This document shows positions 11,014 to 24,522 of a DNA stretch of 64,000 bases, piece by piece. The notes beneath the pieces are model-generated. The model saw only the letters and a list, made by a program, of their open reading frames with translations. It did no database searches and was not told the DNA's origin. Position 1 is the first letter of the stretch. Each line of letters begins with the position of its first letter. Origin of the DNA: an uncultured Planctomycetaceae bacterium (GTDB taxonomy: Bacteria; Planctomycetota; Planctomycetia; Planctomycetales; Planctomycetaceae); NCBI GenBank assembly GCA_963813715.1, contig CAWFAK010000005.1:1120001-1184000 (forward strand), written 5' to 3'. Both the position numbers and the translations under genes were made by a program.

Positions 11014-12789
11014 ATGCCTCGGACCTGGCGGTTTCTGCCTCACGATGCCGCTCTGGTCGGGCAGGTGGCTGCCGATCTGCGCGTTTCGCCTCTGATGGCC
11101 CAGGTGCTGATCGCGCGGGGACTGCAGCACGAGGCGCCGAACTTTCTCAACTCCCGTTTGTCGGCGCTGCATGAGCCGGAGCTGTTGCCCGGGCTGCCCG
11201 ACGCGGCCGATCGGATCGTTTCGGCCATCAAGGCCGGTCGCCGCATCACGATTTATGGCGACTACGACGTCGACGGCGTGACGGCCACCGCCCTGTTGTG
11301 GCACTGCATCACGCTGGCGGGCGGAAAAGTCGACTATTACATCCCGTCTCGCATGGAAGAGGGGTACGGCATCAATTGCGAGGCGCTGCGGCAGCTGCAT
11401 CAGGACGACCCGCACAGGCTGGTGGTCAGCGTCGATTGTGGCATCACCAGCGTAGCCGAGGCTTTGCTCGCCCGCGAACTGGGCCTCGAACTGATCATTA
11501 CTGATCACCATCAGGCCGGCGCTTGGCTGCCGGAAGCGTCGTGCGTCGTGCATCCGCGGCTGCCTGGGGGCAGCTATCCCTTCGGCGAGTTGTGCGGCGT
11601 GGGCGTGGCGTTCAAGCTGGCTTGGGGCATCTGCCAGCGGCTGGGGGACGGCAAGAAAGCGTCGCCCGTGATGCGTGAGTTCTTGATCGGAGCGATGGGA
11701 TTGGCGGCGATCGGCACCATTGCCGACGTCGTTTCGCTGCGCGGCGAAAATCGGCTGCTGGTGAAATTTGGCTTGAAGAGTCTCCGCGAGCGGGCCGCTC
11801 CGGGGCTCAAGTCGTTGATGAAAGTGGCGCAGCTCGACGAGTCGCTCTCGATCGAGGCTGACGACGTTGCCTTTGGACTGGCGCCCAGGATTAATGCCGC
11901 GGGCCGACTGGGGCAAGCTCGCTTGGCGGTCGAACTTTTGACGACCGACAAGGCCGACCGCGCCGCGATGCTGGCTGTGCATCTCGACGAACTGAACAAG
12001 AGCCGTCGCTCGGTCGAGCTGAAAATTTTCAAGGAAGCCCGCGAGCTGATCTCCAATCACCCCCAATGGAACGACGCGCCTGCCGTCGTGCTCGCCGGCG
12101 ACACCTGGCACCCGGGGGTGATCGGCATCGTGGCCAGCCGGGTCGTCGAGCATTTCTCGCGTCCGGCGATCCTGATCGGCTTCAACGGACAGGCGACAAC
12201 GGGCCAAGGATCGGGGCGATCGCACGGCCGCTTCGATCTGCACGCAGCCCTCTCGGCCTGCGCCGTGCATCTGATTTCGTTCGGCGGACACCAGGCGGCG
12301 GCCGGCCTCAAAATCTCCAAGGATCGCATCGACGCCTTTCGCGAAGACTTCTGCCAATACGTGGCGGCCAACTACTCGACGGGCCCGCGTGACTCCGAGC
12401 TGGAAATCGATGCTGAAGTGCGGCTGGCCGACGTCACGCCGCGGGCGCTGAAAGAACTCGAGATGTTGAGCCCGTTTGGCGAAGACAACCCGCGGCCCGT
12501 TTTCGCGACGACGCGCGTCGAGCTGGCCGAACCGCCGCGCAAAATGGGGGAGGGGGAGCGGCATTTGTCGCTGCGAGTGCGGCAGCACAACACGACGCTC
12601 CGCGCCGTTGCCTTCGCCCGGGCCGACTGGGCTGAGCCGATCGCCCAGTTGGGCCGTCCGTTCTCGATCAGTTATGCCCCTGTCATTAATCGGTTTGGTG
12701 GCCACGAGCGCGCGGAGCTGCAGCTGATCGACTGGCAGCCTGATCCGTCGGTTGCGCCGGTGGCGGCGGCCGAGACGGTCCCGTTTTAA
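11014..12789 (+). CDS. recJ: ssDNA-specific exonuclease RecJ
   Basis: YGDYDVDG, VDCG, TDHH, GTIADVV, PRINAAGRL, GSGRS, GGHQAAAG, PFGEDNPRP. Confidence 0.96.
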   Translation: MPRTWRFLPHDAALVGQVAADLRVSPLMAQVLIARGLQHEAPNFLNSRLSALHEPELLPGLPDAADRIVSAIKAGRRITIYGDYDVDGVTATALLWHCITLAGGKVDYYIPSRMEEGYGINCEALRQLHQDDPHRLVVSVDCGITSVAEALLARELGLELIITDHHQAGAWLPEASCVVHPRLPGGSYPFGELCGVGVAFKLAWGICQRLGDGKKASPVMREFLIGAMGLAAIGTIADVVSLRGENRLLVKFGLKSLRERAAPGLKSLMKVAQLDESLSIEADDVAFGLAPRINAAGRLGQARLAVELLTTDKADRAAMLAVHLDELNKSRRSVELKIFKEARELISNHPQWNDAPAVVLAGDTWHPGVIGIVASRVVEHFSRPAILIGFNGQATTGQGSGRSHGRFDLHAALSACAVHLISFGGHQAAAGLKISKDRIDAFREDFCQYVAANYSTGPRDSELEIDAEVRLADVTPRALKELEMLSPFGEDNPRPVFATTRVELAEPPRKMGEGERHLSLRVRQHNTTLRAVAFARADWAEPIAQLGRPFSISYAPVINRFGGHERAELQLIDWQPDPSVAPVAAAETVPF

Positions 12790-12818
12790 GCAGCACCCCG
12801 GTTTCACGAGCACTCGGA

Positions 12819-13470
12819 TTGGCGAGCATCCCCGAGCTCCAGCGGCGACTGCGGGAAACGCTCGAGCGGCGTGGCATCACCGATCCGCGCGTGCTCGACG
12901 CCATTCAACAGACGCGTCGCGACTTGTTCGTTCCCGACGCGTTGCAGTACGCCGCCTACGACGACGATGCACTGCCCATCGGCGAAGGGCAAACGATCAG
13001 CCAGCCCTACATCGTCGCTCTGATGACGCAGGAGCTGCAGCTCTCGGGCACCGAAACCGTGCTGGAGATCGGCACGGGCAGCGGCTATCAGACGGCTATC
13101 CTCGCCCGCCTGGCGGCCCGCGTGGTGACGATCGAACGGATCGAGCGGCTCTCGCAGTCGGCCCGCCGCATCCTGGACGAAGTTGGGAGCCAGCAACGTC
13201 GAATACCTGGTGGGGGACGGGACGCTCGGAAATTCGGAGCGCGGGCCCTATGATCGCGTGATCGTCACCGCGAGCGCACGGGTCGTTCCCGAGCCGCTGT
13301 ACGAACAACTCAAGCCCGACGGTCGGATTGTCGCCCCGATCGGCGACGAAGAGTCGCAGCAACTGGTGGTTGTCGAAAAGACGGCCACCGGCCCCCGGCC
13401 GACCCCCTTGTGCGCCTGCCGCTTCGTCAAGTTGATTGGAAAGGCCGGATGGGCCACACCGGACGGTTGA
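12819..13470 (+). CDS. pcm: Protein-L-isoaspartate O-methyltransferase (frameshift near 13185)
   Basis: LPIGEGQTISQPYIVA, VLEIGTGSGYQTA; second frame GDGTLG..PYDRVIVTA..CRFVKLIG. Confidence 0.92.
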
Positions 13471-13625
13471 GCCGCGATATTCACAACGCAAACGACCCGG
13501 CCCTTGGCATTTGCGTTTCAAACGGAAGGTCGCGCTGCGGCGTACAAGACACGGCCCCGCCCCGCATCCCCCGATCGTTGGCTGTTGAGATGTCCTCAGG
13601 TCCGCGCGTTAGACAGGCTCGCCGC

Positions 13626-14312
13626 ATGTCGCTGGAACTAAGCAACGTCCTCAAGACCTATCGCGAGCCGGACGGCAATGTGCTGACCGTGCTCGACATC
13701 GAGCGATTTCAGATCGCCTCCGCCGAGCAGGTGGTGCTGGTCGGTTCGAGCGGCGGCGGCAAGACGTCGCTCTTGAACATCATTTCGGGCATCAGCACGC
13801 CCGACCGGGGGACGGTCACGATCGACGGGACTGAGATTACGCGCTTGCCCGAGGTTGCCCGCGACCGGTTTCGGGCCGAGCGAATCGGCTTCGTCTTTCA
13901 AACGTTTAATCTACTGCCCGCGTTCAGCGCACTCGAGAACGTGCTCTTGGGGATGAGCTTTTCCGGCAAGCGTGTCGATTCCAAGCGGGCGGCGCAGCTT
14001 TTGGAACGTGTGGGCCTGGGGCATCGCACGAGCCATCGGCCGTCGCAACTTTCCGTGGGCGAGCAGCAGCGGGTGGCCGTGGCGCGGGCACTGGCCAACC
14101 AGCCTTCGCTGTTGTTGGCCGACGAGCCGACGGCCAACGTCGACGTCAAGAACCAGGATCTGATCCTCGACCTCATTCGCGAGGCGTGTGCCGAATCGAA
14201 GGTGGCGCTGCTCATGGTGACGCACTCGCCCGACGTGGCGTCGCGGTTCCCGCGGGTCGACCGGCTGGAGAATTTCAACCGCGCTGCAGCGGGAGCGGGG
14301 GCCGCACGATGA
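13626..14312 (+). CDS. ABC transporter ATP-binding protein (LolD/MacB-like)
   Basis: GSSGGGKT, LSVGEQQRVA, LLLADEPT, VTH. Confidence 0.92.
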   Translation: MSLELSNVLKTYREPDGNVLTVLDIERFQIASAEQVVLVGSSGGGKTSLLNIISGISTPDRGTVTIDGTEITRLPEVARDRFRAERIGFVFQTFNLLPAFSALENVLLGMSFSGKRVDSKRAAQLLERVGLGHRTSHRPSQLSVGEQQRVAVARALANQPSLLLADEPTANVDVKNQDLILDLIREACAESKVALLMVTHSPDVASRFPRVDRLENFNRAAAGAGAAR

Positions 14313-15655
14313 ACCTGTTTTCGATCGCCTGGAAGAGCATCCGTCAGCGACTGTTGTCCTCGTCGCTGACGGCCTTCAGCGTTGCCCTCGGCGTGATGCT
14401 GATGGTGAGCGTGCTGGTGATCTACGGCATCATGGACCGCATGTTCAGCCAGCAAACGATCGCCTACCAACTGATCGTGGGGCCCAAAGGGAGCGATCTG
14501 CAGCTTGTGCTCAACACGGTCTACCGCGTCAGCGCCCCGCTGCAGAACTTGCCCTATCTCTACTACGAAGAGCTCAAGAAGGATCCGCGCGTCGAATTGG
14601 CGGTTCCATTCTGTCTGGGTGACGCCACCGAAAAGGGGGGCTTCCCCATCGTCGGCACCACGGAGGAATATTTCGAGCATCCTTTCACGCCTGGCCAGGA
14701 ATTCCAAATCAAGGGCAAATCCTTCACGGATTCCTTCGACGCGATCATCGGCTCCGAAGTGGCGCGGACCAACGCCTGGGATCTGGGGACGCAGTTCCAA
14801 CTCATCCACGGCGGAGCTGAATCGCACAAGCACGAGGAAAAGTTCACCGTCGTCGCCGTCCTGGCGCCGACCGGCACTCCCAACGACAAAACCGTCTTCA
14901 TCCACTTGAACGGCTTCTATGCCATCAGCGGGCACGACGCGCCGCTCAAAGAAGCCGTCAAACGCTGGCACGAGTTCAGCGGCAAGGGGACGAGCGATTC
15001 CGAGATCAACGCGGCCGCGGCCGAATGGGCCCAGAAGTGCGGCATCCCCATCGAAGAACCTCCGCACAAGCCCGGCGAGCATCATCACCACCACAAGGCG
15101 TGCGATGTCCAGAAAGAAGTGACCGCGATCCTCGTCAACATGAAGAGCGTTGCTCTGGCGGCCATGTTCAATGGCGAGATGAAGCGCGGCTACAAGGTGC
15201 AGGCGGTCAATCCCATTATCCCCATGCAGCAGCTGATGAGCAGCATCCTCGGCAATGTGCGGACCGTTCTGATTGTCATGACCGCACTCATCATCATCGT
15301 CTCGGGTGTCGGCATCTTCGTGAGCATCTACAACTCGATGTCCGACCGCCGCAAGGAAATCGCCATCATGCGGGCCCTGGGTGCGCAGCGACGCACGGTC
15401 TTTTCGATCATCCTGGCCGAATCGATCTTGCTGTGCTTTGGCGGCGGAATCCTCGGCATCCTCTTGGGACACGGCCTGGTCTTCGCCGCGGCCCCTGTCG
15501 TTCAAGAGCAGACGGGCCTGTTGATCAACCCCTTCGCCTTCGAGGGGATTGAATTCATCCTGCTGCCCGGCCTGATCGCACTGGCCTCGCTGATCGGCAT
15601 CGTCCCCGGCTTAGCGGCCTACCGCACCGACGTGGCCCGCGCGTTGGCAGATTGA
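14309..15655 (+). CDS. ABC transporter permease (FtsX/MacB-like) with His-rich periplasmic inserts
   Basis: ATGA overlap with the ATPase gene; GPKGSDLQLVLN, RRKEIAIMRALGA; SHKH and EHHHHH tracts. Confidence 0.9.
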   Translation: MNLFSIAWKSIRQRLLSSSLTAFSVALGVMLMVSVLVIYGIMDRMFSQQTIAYQLIVGPKGSDLQLVLNTVYRVSAPLQNLPYLYYEELKKDPRVELAVPFCLGDATEKGGFPIVGTTEEYFEHPFTPGQEFQIKGKSFTDSFDAIIGSEVARTNAWDLGTQFQLIHGGAESHKHEEKFTVVAVLAPTGTPNDKTVFIHLNGFYAISGHDAPLKEAVKRWHEFSGKGTSDSEINAAAAEWAQKCGIPIEEPPHKPGEHHHHHKACDVQKEVTAILVNMKSVALAAMFNGEMKRGYKVQAVNPIIPMQQLMSSILGNVRTVLIVMTALIIIVSGVGIFVSIYNSMSDRRKEIAIMRALGAQRRTVFSIILAESILLCFGGGILGILLGHGLVFAAAPVVQEQTGLLINPFAFEGIEFILLPGLIALASLIGIVPGLAAYRTDVARALAD

Positions 15656-15674
15656 AGTCGAGTTTGTACTCGCG

Positions 15675-17210
15675 CTACTGCTGCGACGTCTCCACAACCG
15701 TCAGCTCGATTCGCCCCAGCACGCGGATCAGCGGCAGGAAGCTCGTGGTCGGGGCGGGGCCGTTGTCGGCGAAGCTCGATTCGGCCAGCTTGATGTGGGC
15801 TGCTCCGATGCCCGCTTCGCCGGTGCCCAGCGTCGCATCGAGCGGCACCCAGTGGTCGCCGATCAGCGCTTCCGTCCACATGTGACCGCCGAATGACGAG
15901 AGCGGCTCGATGTAGACCAGTCCGACCGCAATCTTCGACGGAATGTTGCGGGCCCGCAGCATGGCGGCCAGGAAGACCGCGTGCTCGGTACAGTCGCCCT
16001 GCAGCGTGCGGGCGACTTCGCCGGCTGAGGCCAGGGCCGTCGAAAAGTCCTTTTTTTGCACCGCACCGTCGACGTACTTTTCCATCGCCACGGCGATTTG
16101 CGACGGCTCGACCAGGTTGCGGGCGGCCCGGTCGACGTGGATCAGGAGTTCGCGGTCGTTCGACTGCAGGAACTGCGACGGCTCTAAATACTGGCGATCG
16201 ATGCGGATGGCCCGATTGGCGGGAGCCGGCCGCACGTTGCGAACGGTGATTTCGCACTCGTCGGGCGCGGTGCGGACCACTTTCTGATTGGCATCGCTGG
16301 GGAAGAAGGGGGTCGGGTCCTCGCCTTTCATCTTGATGCGGTAGACGCCCCGCATGGTCGAGTGGGCCCGCGGAATGAATGTCGATTTGACGAGCGTGTT
16401 GACGGCAATATCGAGCCCTTCGCCGGCGATCTGTTTGAGGGCCTCCTCCGCCGTCACCGTGTAAGTGGTCAGCGTCTGGCCGAGCATTTCCGTCGTCGAG
16501 ACGATGACTTCGCCATGCTCGTCGAGGTAATCCTCGACCGGCGACTGGGGCATCAGCGATTCGACGACCGAGACGCGCAACAACTTCCGGCGATGACCGT
16601 TCAAGAGCGACACCGACTCCTGGCGGAGGGCCTTGAAGCGGACCTGTGAAACCTGCATCTGCTCGGGGACGAACGCCCGCATGTTGCGCGCGTCGCCCGG
16701 CTTGAACGGATACTCGTGCGGGTAGCGGTCGACGTACACGGGCGATTTGATCCCGCCGTCCCAAGGCAGCGTGAACTCGTGCGGCGCTCCCGCTACGGTG
16801 TTCTCGCCGACGAGGAAGTTGCCTCGCACGTGGCCGACGGTGCGCGTCGGTGCGGCCGGCGGATTTTTGACCTCATACGTGAATGACAAGAGTTCTCCGC
16901 TGGGCAGCTCCTCCGTTTCCTGCCGCGTTTGCATCTCCAGCGTCTGGCCGAACCGCTTGAGCGTGAGATGCATTTCGGTATCGGTCTTGATGATCGACTT
17001 GCCGTCAATCTGAGCGGGCCGCGTCAGCGTGTGCGAGTAACCGATGCGGGCCTTTCCCAGATAGGTCACCTGCCACGTATCACTGGTGCCGGCGGGCGGC
17101 TCGGCTTGTTTGGCTTCCGGGCGACGCGACTTCCGCGGTGGATCGGCCTGCGCGACGGCTCCCAATACCAGCATCCATGCGATGCCCAGCGAGATCAGCC
17201 TCGTCCTCAT
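15675..17210 (-). CDS. Secreted transglutaminase-like domain protein
   Basis: Signal peptide; triad motifs GDCTEHA, GHMWTE, WVPLDAT. Confidence 0.88.
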   Translation of the reverse strand: MRTRLISLGIAWMLVLGAVAQADPPRKSRRPEAKQAEPPAGTSDTWQVTYLGKARIGYSHTLTRPAQIDGKSIIKTDTEMHLTLKRFGQTLEMQTRQETEELPSGELLSFTYEVKNPPAAPTRTVGHVRGNFLVGENTVAGAPHEFTLPWDGGIKSPVYVDRYPHEYPFKPGDARNMRAFVPEQMQVSQVRFKALRQESVSLLNGHRRKLLRVSVVESLMPQSPVEDYLDEHGEVIVSTTEMLGQTLTTYTVTAEEALKQIAGEGLDIAVNTLVKSTFIPRAHSTMRGVYRIKMKGEDPTPFFPSDANQKVVRTAPDECEITVRNVRPAPANRAIRIDRQYLEPSQFLQSNDRELLIHVDRAARNLVEPSQIAVAMEKYVDGAVQKKDFSTALASAGEVARTLQGDCTEHAVFLAAMLRARNIPSKIAVGLVYIEPLSSFGGHMWTEALIGDHWVPLDATLGTGEAGIGAAHIKLAESSFADNGPAPTTSFLPLIRVLGRIELTVVETSQQ

Positions 17211-17240
17211 CTATTGTTCCTTCAAACGTTGGACTTGCGA

Positions 17241-18326
17241 CTAACCTTCCACGCAGTCCCACGACAGCGGTTCGCCGCGGCGGATCGTGCGGGCCGCCCG
17301 CTTGCCCAGAAGCCGCGGCAATTCTTTCGGTGGCAGGCCGTGTCCCGGCCGGATTGAACGGACGTTTTGTTCGGTGAACGGCTCGCCGGCCGCGATGTCG
17401 GCCACCGCGAACAGCGAGCGGCGGAAGACGCGGCTCTTTTCTTCGGCCGGGCTTAGCCCGTAATGGACGGTGCCGATTGCCGCCTCGGCCGCGCGAACGG
17501 CTCGCACCATCTCGGCGAACTCGGCCGGCTCGAGCGAAAAGGCGCTGTCGGGTCCGGGCGTTTCTCGCGAGAGGACAAAATGTTTCTCAATGAGACATGC
17601 TCCCAGCGCGACGGCCGCGACGGGGCAGGCGATGCCCAGCGTATGGTCCGAGAGGCCGACGGGGCACTGGAACGTCGAGGCCAGATGGCCGATCGTCCGC
17701 AGATTGGCTTCCTCGGCGGGCGCCGGGTAGGAGCTGGTGCACTTCAGCAGGGCGAGTTCGCGACAGCCCGCCTCCTGCAGTGCGGCGACCGCTTCCGTGA
17801 TTTCCTCGAGCGTCGCCATCCCCGTCGAGAGGATCACCGGCCGCCGCGTGGCCGCCACTTTCCGTAACAAGGCATGGTCGACCAGCTCGAAGGAGGCAAT
17901 CTTGTGCGCGGGCGGGTTGAGCGTTTCGAGAAAATCGACGGCCGACACGTCGAACGGCGTGGAAAAACAGCCCATCCCCAGCCGTCGGGCCTCTGCAAAC
18001 AGGTCGGCGTGCCACTCCCAGGGCGTGGCGGCCTCTTGGTAAAGGTCATAGAGTGTGCGGCCATCCCACAGCGTGCCGCCGGCAATGCGAAACTCGGGCC
18101 GATCGCAGCGGATGGTGAGCGTGTCGGCGGTGTACGTCTGCAACTTGACGGCGTCGGCGCCGGCTTCGTGTGCCGCCCACACAAGCTGCAGCGCGACCTC
18201 GCGTTTGCCGGCGTGATTTGCCGACAACTCGGCAACCAGATAGGCCGGATGACCGGGGCCGACTTGCCGCTGGCCCAGGTGCAAAACTGGCGACAAGCCT
18301 GAGTTGGAAGGTTGATCGATCATCAA
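17241..18326 (-). CDS. pseI: Pseudaminic acid synthase
   Basis: AELSANH, KLQTYTADT, KIASFE, LKCTSSYPA, GLSDHT, GPDSAFSLEP, C-terminal SAF domain. Confidence 0.93.
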   Translation of the reverse strand: MMIDQPSNSGLSPVLHLGQRQVGPGHPAYLVAELSANHAGKREVALQLVWAAHEAGADAVKLQTYTADTLTIRCDRPEFRIAGGTLWDGRTLYDLYQEAATPWEWHADLFAEARRLGMGCFSTPFDVSAVDFLETLNPPAHKIASFELVDHALLRKVAATRRPVILSTGMATLEEITEAVAALQEAGCRELALLKCTSSYPAPAEEANLRTIGHLASTFQCPVGLSDHTLGIACPVAAVALGACLIEKHFVLSRETPGPDSAFSLEPAEFAEMVRAVRAAEAAIGTVHYGLSPAEEKSRVFRRSLFAVADIAAGEPFTEQNVRSIRPGHGLPPKELPRLLGKRAARTIRRGEPLSWDCVEG

Positions 18327-18368
18327 TCCCAGTTGTACTGGGCCAGCCGCGGCCTGACGAGGTCGCTT

Positions 18369-18967
18369 TCAAGCTTGTCCCTGCGACCTGCGCCACTCGG
18401 CCCCGGCTTTCTCGAGGTCCGCAACGGGCGTGTCCCAACCCTTCGTCAGCAGATGGGCGACTTTCTCGCGATCGGCAACGCGGTGAAACGACCCCGGTCC
18501 CGCCTGTTTGGCCGCACCGCAGCTGCCTGTGCGGATGCGGCTCCAATGCTCGGCAAACAGTCCGGCGATCTCGGCCTGCAGCCGCGCGTAAGTCGAGCGG
18601 AGGGTCTCGGCGGCTTCGAATTCGACCAACTTTTGCGCGATGACATCGCCCGTGTCGATGCCTGCGTCCAGGTAGTGGATCGACACTCCCTTCGGCGTGT
18701 TCTCGATGAAGCTCCACAAATTCGGATCGGCGCCGCGGTTCCAGGGCAGATAAGAGATGTGCAGATTGACGGCCCGCTGTGGAAAGCGATTGAGCACGTC
18801 CGGTCGAAGGATGTGACGGAAGCCGTGCGAGACCAGAAAGTCGGCCTGCGTTGCGATCCAGGAACGCCTCGTCGAGCGGGTCCGCTCGTCTGCACGACAT
18901 GGCTCTCGGCCGATTTCAGAAAATCGAGCACGGCAGAATCAACTGGGCCTAGGAACAGTACCTTCAT
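18369..18967 (-). CDS. Sugar-nucleotide N-formyltransferase (PseJ-like; frameshifted N-terminus)
   Basis: NLHISYLPWNRGADPNLW, GVSIHYLDAGIDTGD; ATGA-coupled to pseG. Confidence 0.85.
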
Positions 18968-20074
18968 CTGCCGCCGCTCGTTTCGCGCAGGGCCGCCACG
19001 ACCCTGGCCGCCCCTTGGCCATCAACAAGTTGCCGGCATTTTGCCGCACACTGCGCCCGCAATGCTGCGTCCGAAACCATCCGCTCGAATGCGGAGGGCA
19101 GATCGGCCGTGCGACTCGAGGGAAATTCATCGAATGCGCACCGCGGCCCCCAGATGATCGAGCGCCGTCGCGATCGGCCGCTGATTCTCGGCCGCCACGA
19201 CTAACAGCATGGGCACTCCCAGGTATCCTAATTCATACACGGAGCTGCCCGCCGCCGTGATTGCCAGGTCGCAGTCTGCCATGATTTGAGGAACGTTGTC
19301 GGTCGCGACGTGCAGGACCATGCGATTCATCGTCGAGGCGAGCTCCTGCATCGCGGCGACGTGAGGATTGGCCGGGCCGATGAGAACATGAATTTCGCAG
19401 TCCGCCGGAATGCATGGCCACAAAACAGTCAGAAACTGGCTCGTCAGATTCTGCGAATCGGCTCCGCCCAGGGTCAGCAGGATCCGGGACACAGTTTCGC
19501 TTGTTGCAAGCCGCCTGGGAGTTCGCAGAAACTCACGCCGCAGCATTGCGTATTCACAGCCCAGCAGCAGCCGAGAATTGTGGGTTCGCTTTCCGTACAA
19601 GACGGCTGCCGCGCCGGCGTTTTGATTGAGGATCGCGTCGGCGTGATAGTTCTCGTGCCGGCCGTCGTCGTCGATGAACAACAGCCGCCACTTCACGTCG
19701 CGAAGTGCCAGTTGGTAGTTGGGTCCGAACGCATAACCGTCGAGGACTAACCATTTCGGGGCGATCGATTCGGCAAGGCGCCGTGTCTCTTCGAGATCGC
19801 GGTCGGTTCCGGGAGCCGCGTCGATTGTGGAGACGCTGCAGCCCTCAGTTTCCAGCCCCTGTGAAAGGAAGGGCGGCAGTTCTGTGCAAACAAACGCGAC
19901 CTTCCCTCCCGCGTCCTGCCAGGCCTGCGCGAGCGCCAGGCAGCGCATCACGTGTCCAGTGCCGATTGCCGAGTTGGCGTCGGCTCGGATCAGGAGCGTG
20001 CCGGGATTAGCCGAGGGAGTATTCAGGGCGATTCCTGCGGACTCTCGAGCGCTGCCAAGCACCCTCGGGCTCAC
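18964..20074 (-). CDS. pseG: UDP-sugar hydrolase PseG (frameshift near 19130)
   Basis: IRADANSAIGTGHVMRCLALA, LTLGGAD, AITAAGSS, AENQ. Confidence 0.9.
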
Positions 20075-20102
20075 GCCCGAGGCTCGCCGGTCGGTTTCTG
20101 GA

Positions 20103-23104
<3,002 letters not shown>

Positions 23105-23120
23105 TGCGAGAACCGCCTTT

Positions 23121-24207
23121 TCAAATGACGTCGGCGAAGGAGTCTTCGACGTGCCGGAAGTAATAGAGTCCCGCCAGGCAGAGCGCCCCATTGACGAGGA
23201 AGGAGATCATCACGCGGCCGGCAGCGATGGGAGTCGAGAGCGTGGCCGCCCGGAAGAATTCAATCGGCACGGTCATCGGATTGAGCCGCGCAAGCCATTC
23301 GCCCCGCGTCACGCGCTGCGAATTCGAGGAACCATGCCCTTCAGTCGGCGAGCTTTGCTGGTCTGAGTGCTCATCGCTGCTTGCGGCGGCTGCGGACGTG
23401 GACTCGGCTGCCGGCGATTGTTGGTTCAGGTAAATCACCGGCGTGGCCAGCAGCCAAATCCACAGCAAGAACGGTGACCGCGTGACGGAAGTCGCGATAG
23501 GAGACCGTGAGGGCAGCGATCAGCGTGCCGATGCCAACTGCGGCCAGCGTCAACAACACGGCGGCCAGCGGCAGGAGCACCATCTCGGCGCCGGGCAGAA
23601 TTCCGTACCACAGCATGAGTGCCAAGAGCACGACGAATGAGACTCCGAGATCGACCAGCGCGGCGGCCACCGACGCGAAGGGGATGGCCAGCCGCGGGAA
23701 GTAGACCTTGGTGACGAGCCCCTCGGAGCCGATCACGCTATTGGCGGCCGTGCTGACGGCGGTCTGAAAAAAGAACCAGGGGACCAACCCCGAAAGCACG
23801 AACACGGAATTTGGAAATTGGCCGTCGCTTGCCGGCGCGTAAGCATAGACAAACGCGACCATCGTCAGCACGGGCTGAATGATGGCCCACAGCACGCCCA
23901 ACACCGTCTGCTTGTAGCGCACCCGAATGTTGCGGAGCGTGAGCTGCCCGATCAGGTCGCGACACTTCCACAGTTCGCCTAGGTTGAGGGTGGGCCAACC
24001 GCTTTTGGGCGTGATGTGAATCTCCGGCAGCGGCGGCCCATCGGACGGCGAGTCGGGCAGGTCATGGGCAGGCGGGCCGGCAACGCCGACCGGAAAGGTC
24101 GCCGTTGCTGAAGACTCGGATGGGCGCGCGTGCGCGTCTGTTCTGGCATCAAACCACCTTCGCCGCCGTCCGCGCGGACGTGCGCCGGCCTGGGAATCGG
24201 CCCGCAC
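23121..24207 (-). CDS. ABC-2 polysaccharide export permease (Wzm-like; frameshift near 23465)
   Basis: RVRYKQTVLGVLWAIIQP, LVTKVYFPR, YRDFRH, TPVIY, LNPMT, EDSFADVI. Confidence 0.85.
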
Positions 24208-24522
24208 AATGGGCCAGCTTCGATTCTAGCAGGCCCTGGAAACCGCAAACAACGCGGTGTTTGGCTGGATCGTTGCCGGCTCAGGCTGCGGCTCCGACAG
24301 CCTTGCCAGCAGAATAACGGTCGAGTTTTGAGCCGCAGGGATGCTTCGTGCGCGGCTCTTTCGCGCTGAGCTTTCGCACGATCTGCGAATCGGCGCGAGC
24401 AACAGGCGCCGCGGTGCTTGCGGGCTTTGCAGGGAGTTTTTTGGTTGAAGCGACTTCTCCGGTCGTGTCGATATTGACGACGGTCTCCTGTGCCGCGCTA
24501 GGAGTCCGCAAGGATTGCGACT

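Noticed and set aside
12819..13470. Programmed frameshifting or true pseudogenes in pcm and similar split genes
   Set aside because: Indels are widespread in unrelated conserved genes with intact motifs; sequencing error is the simpler explanation.
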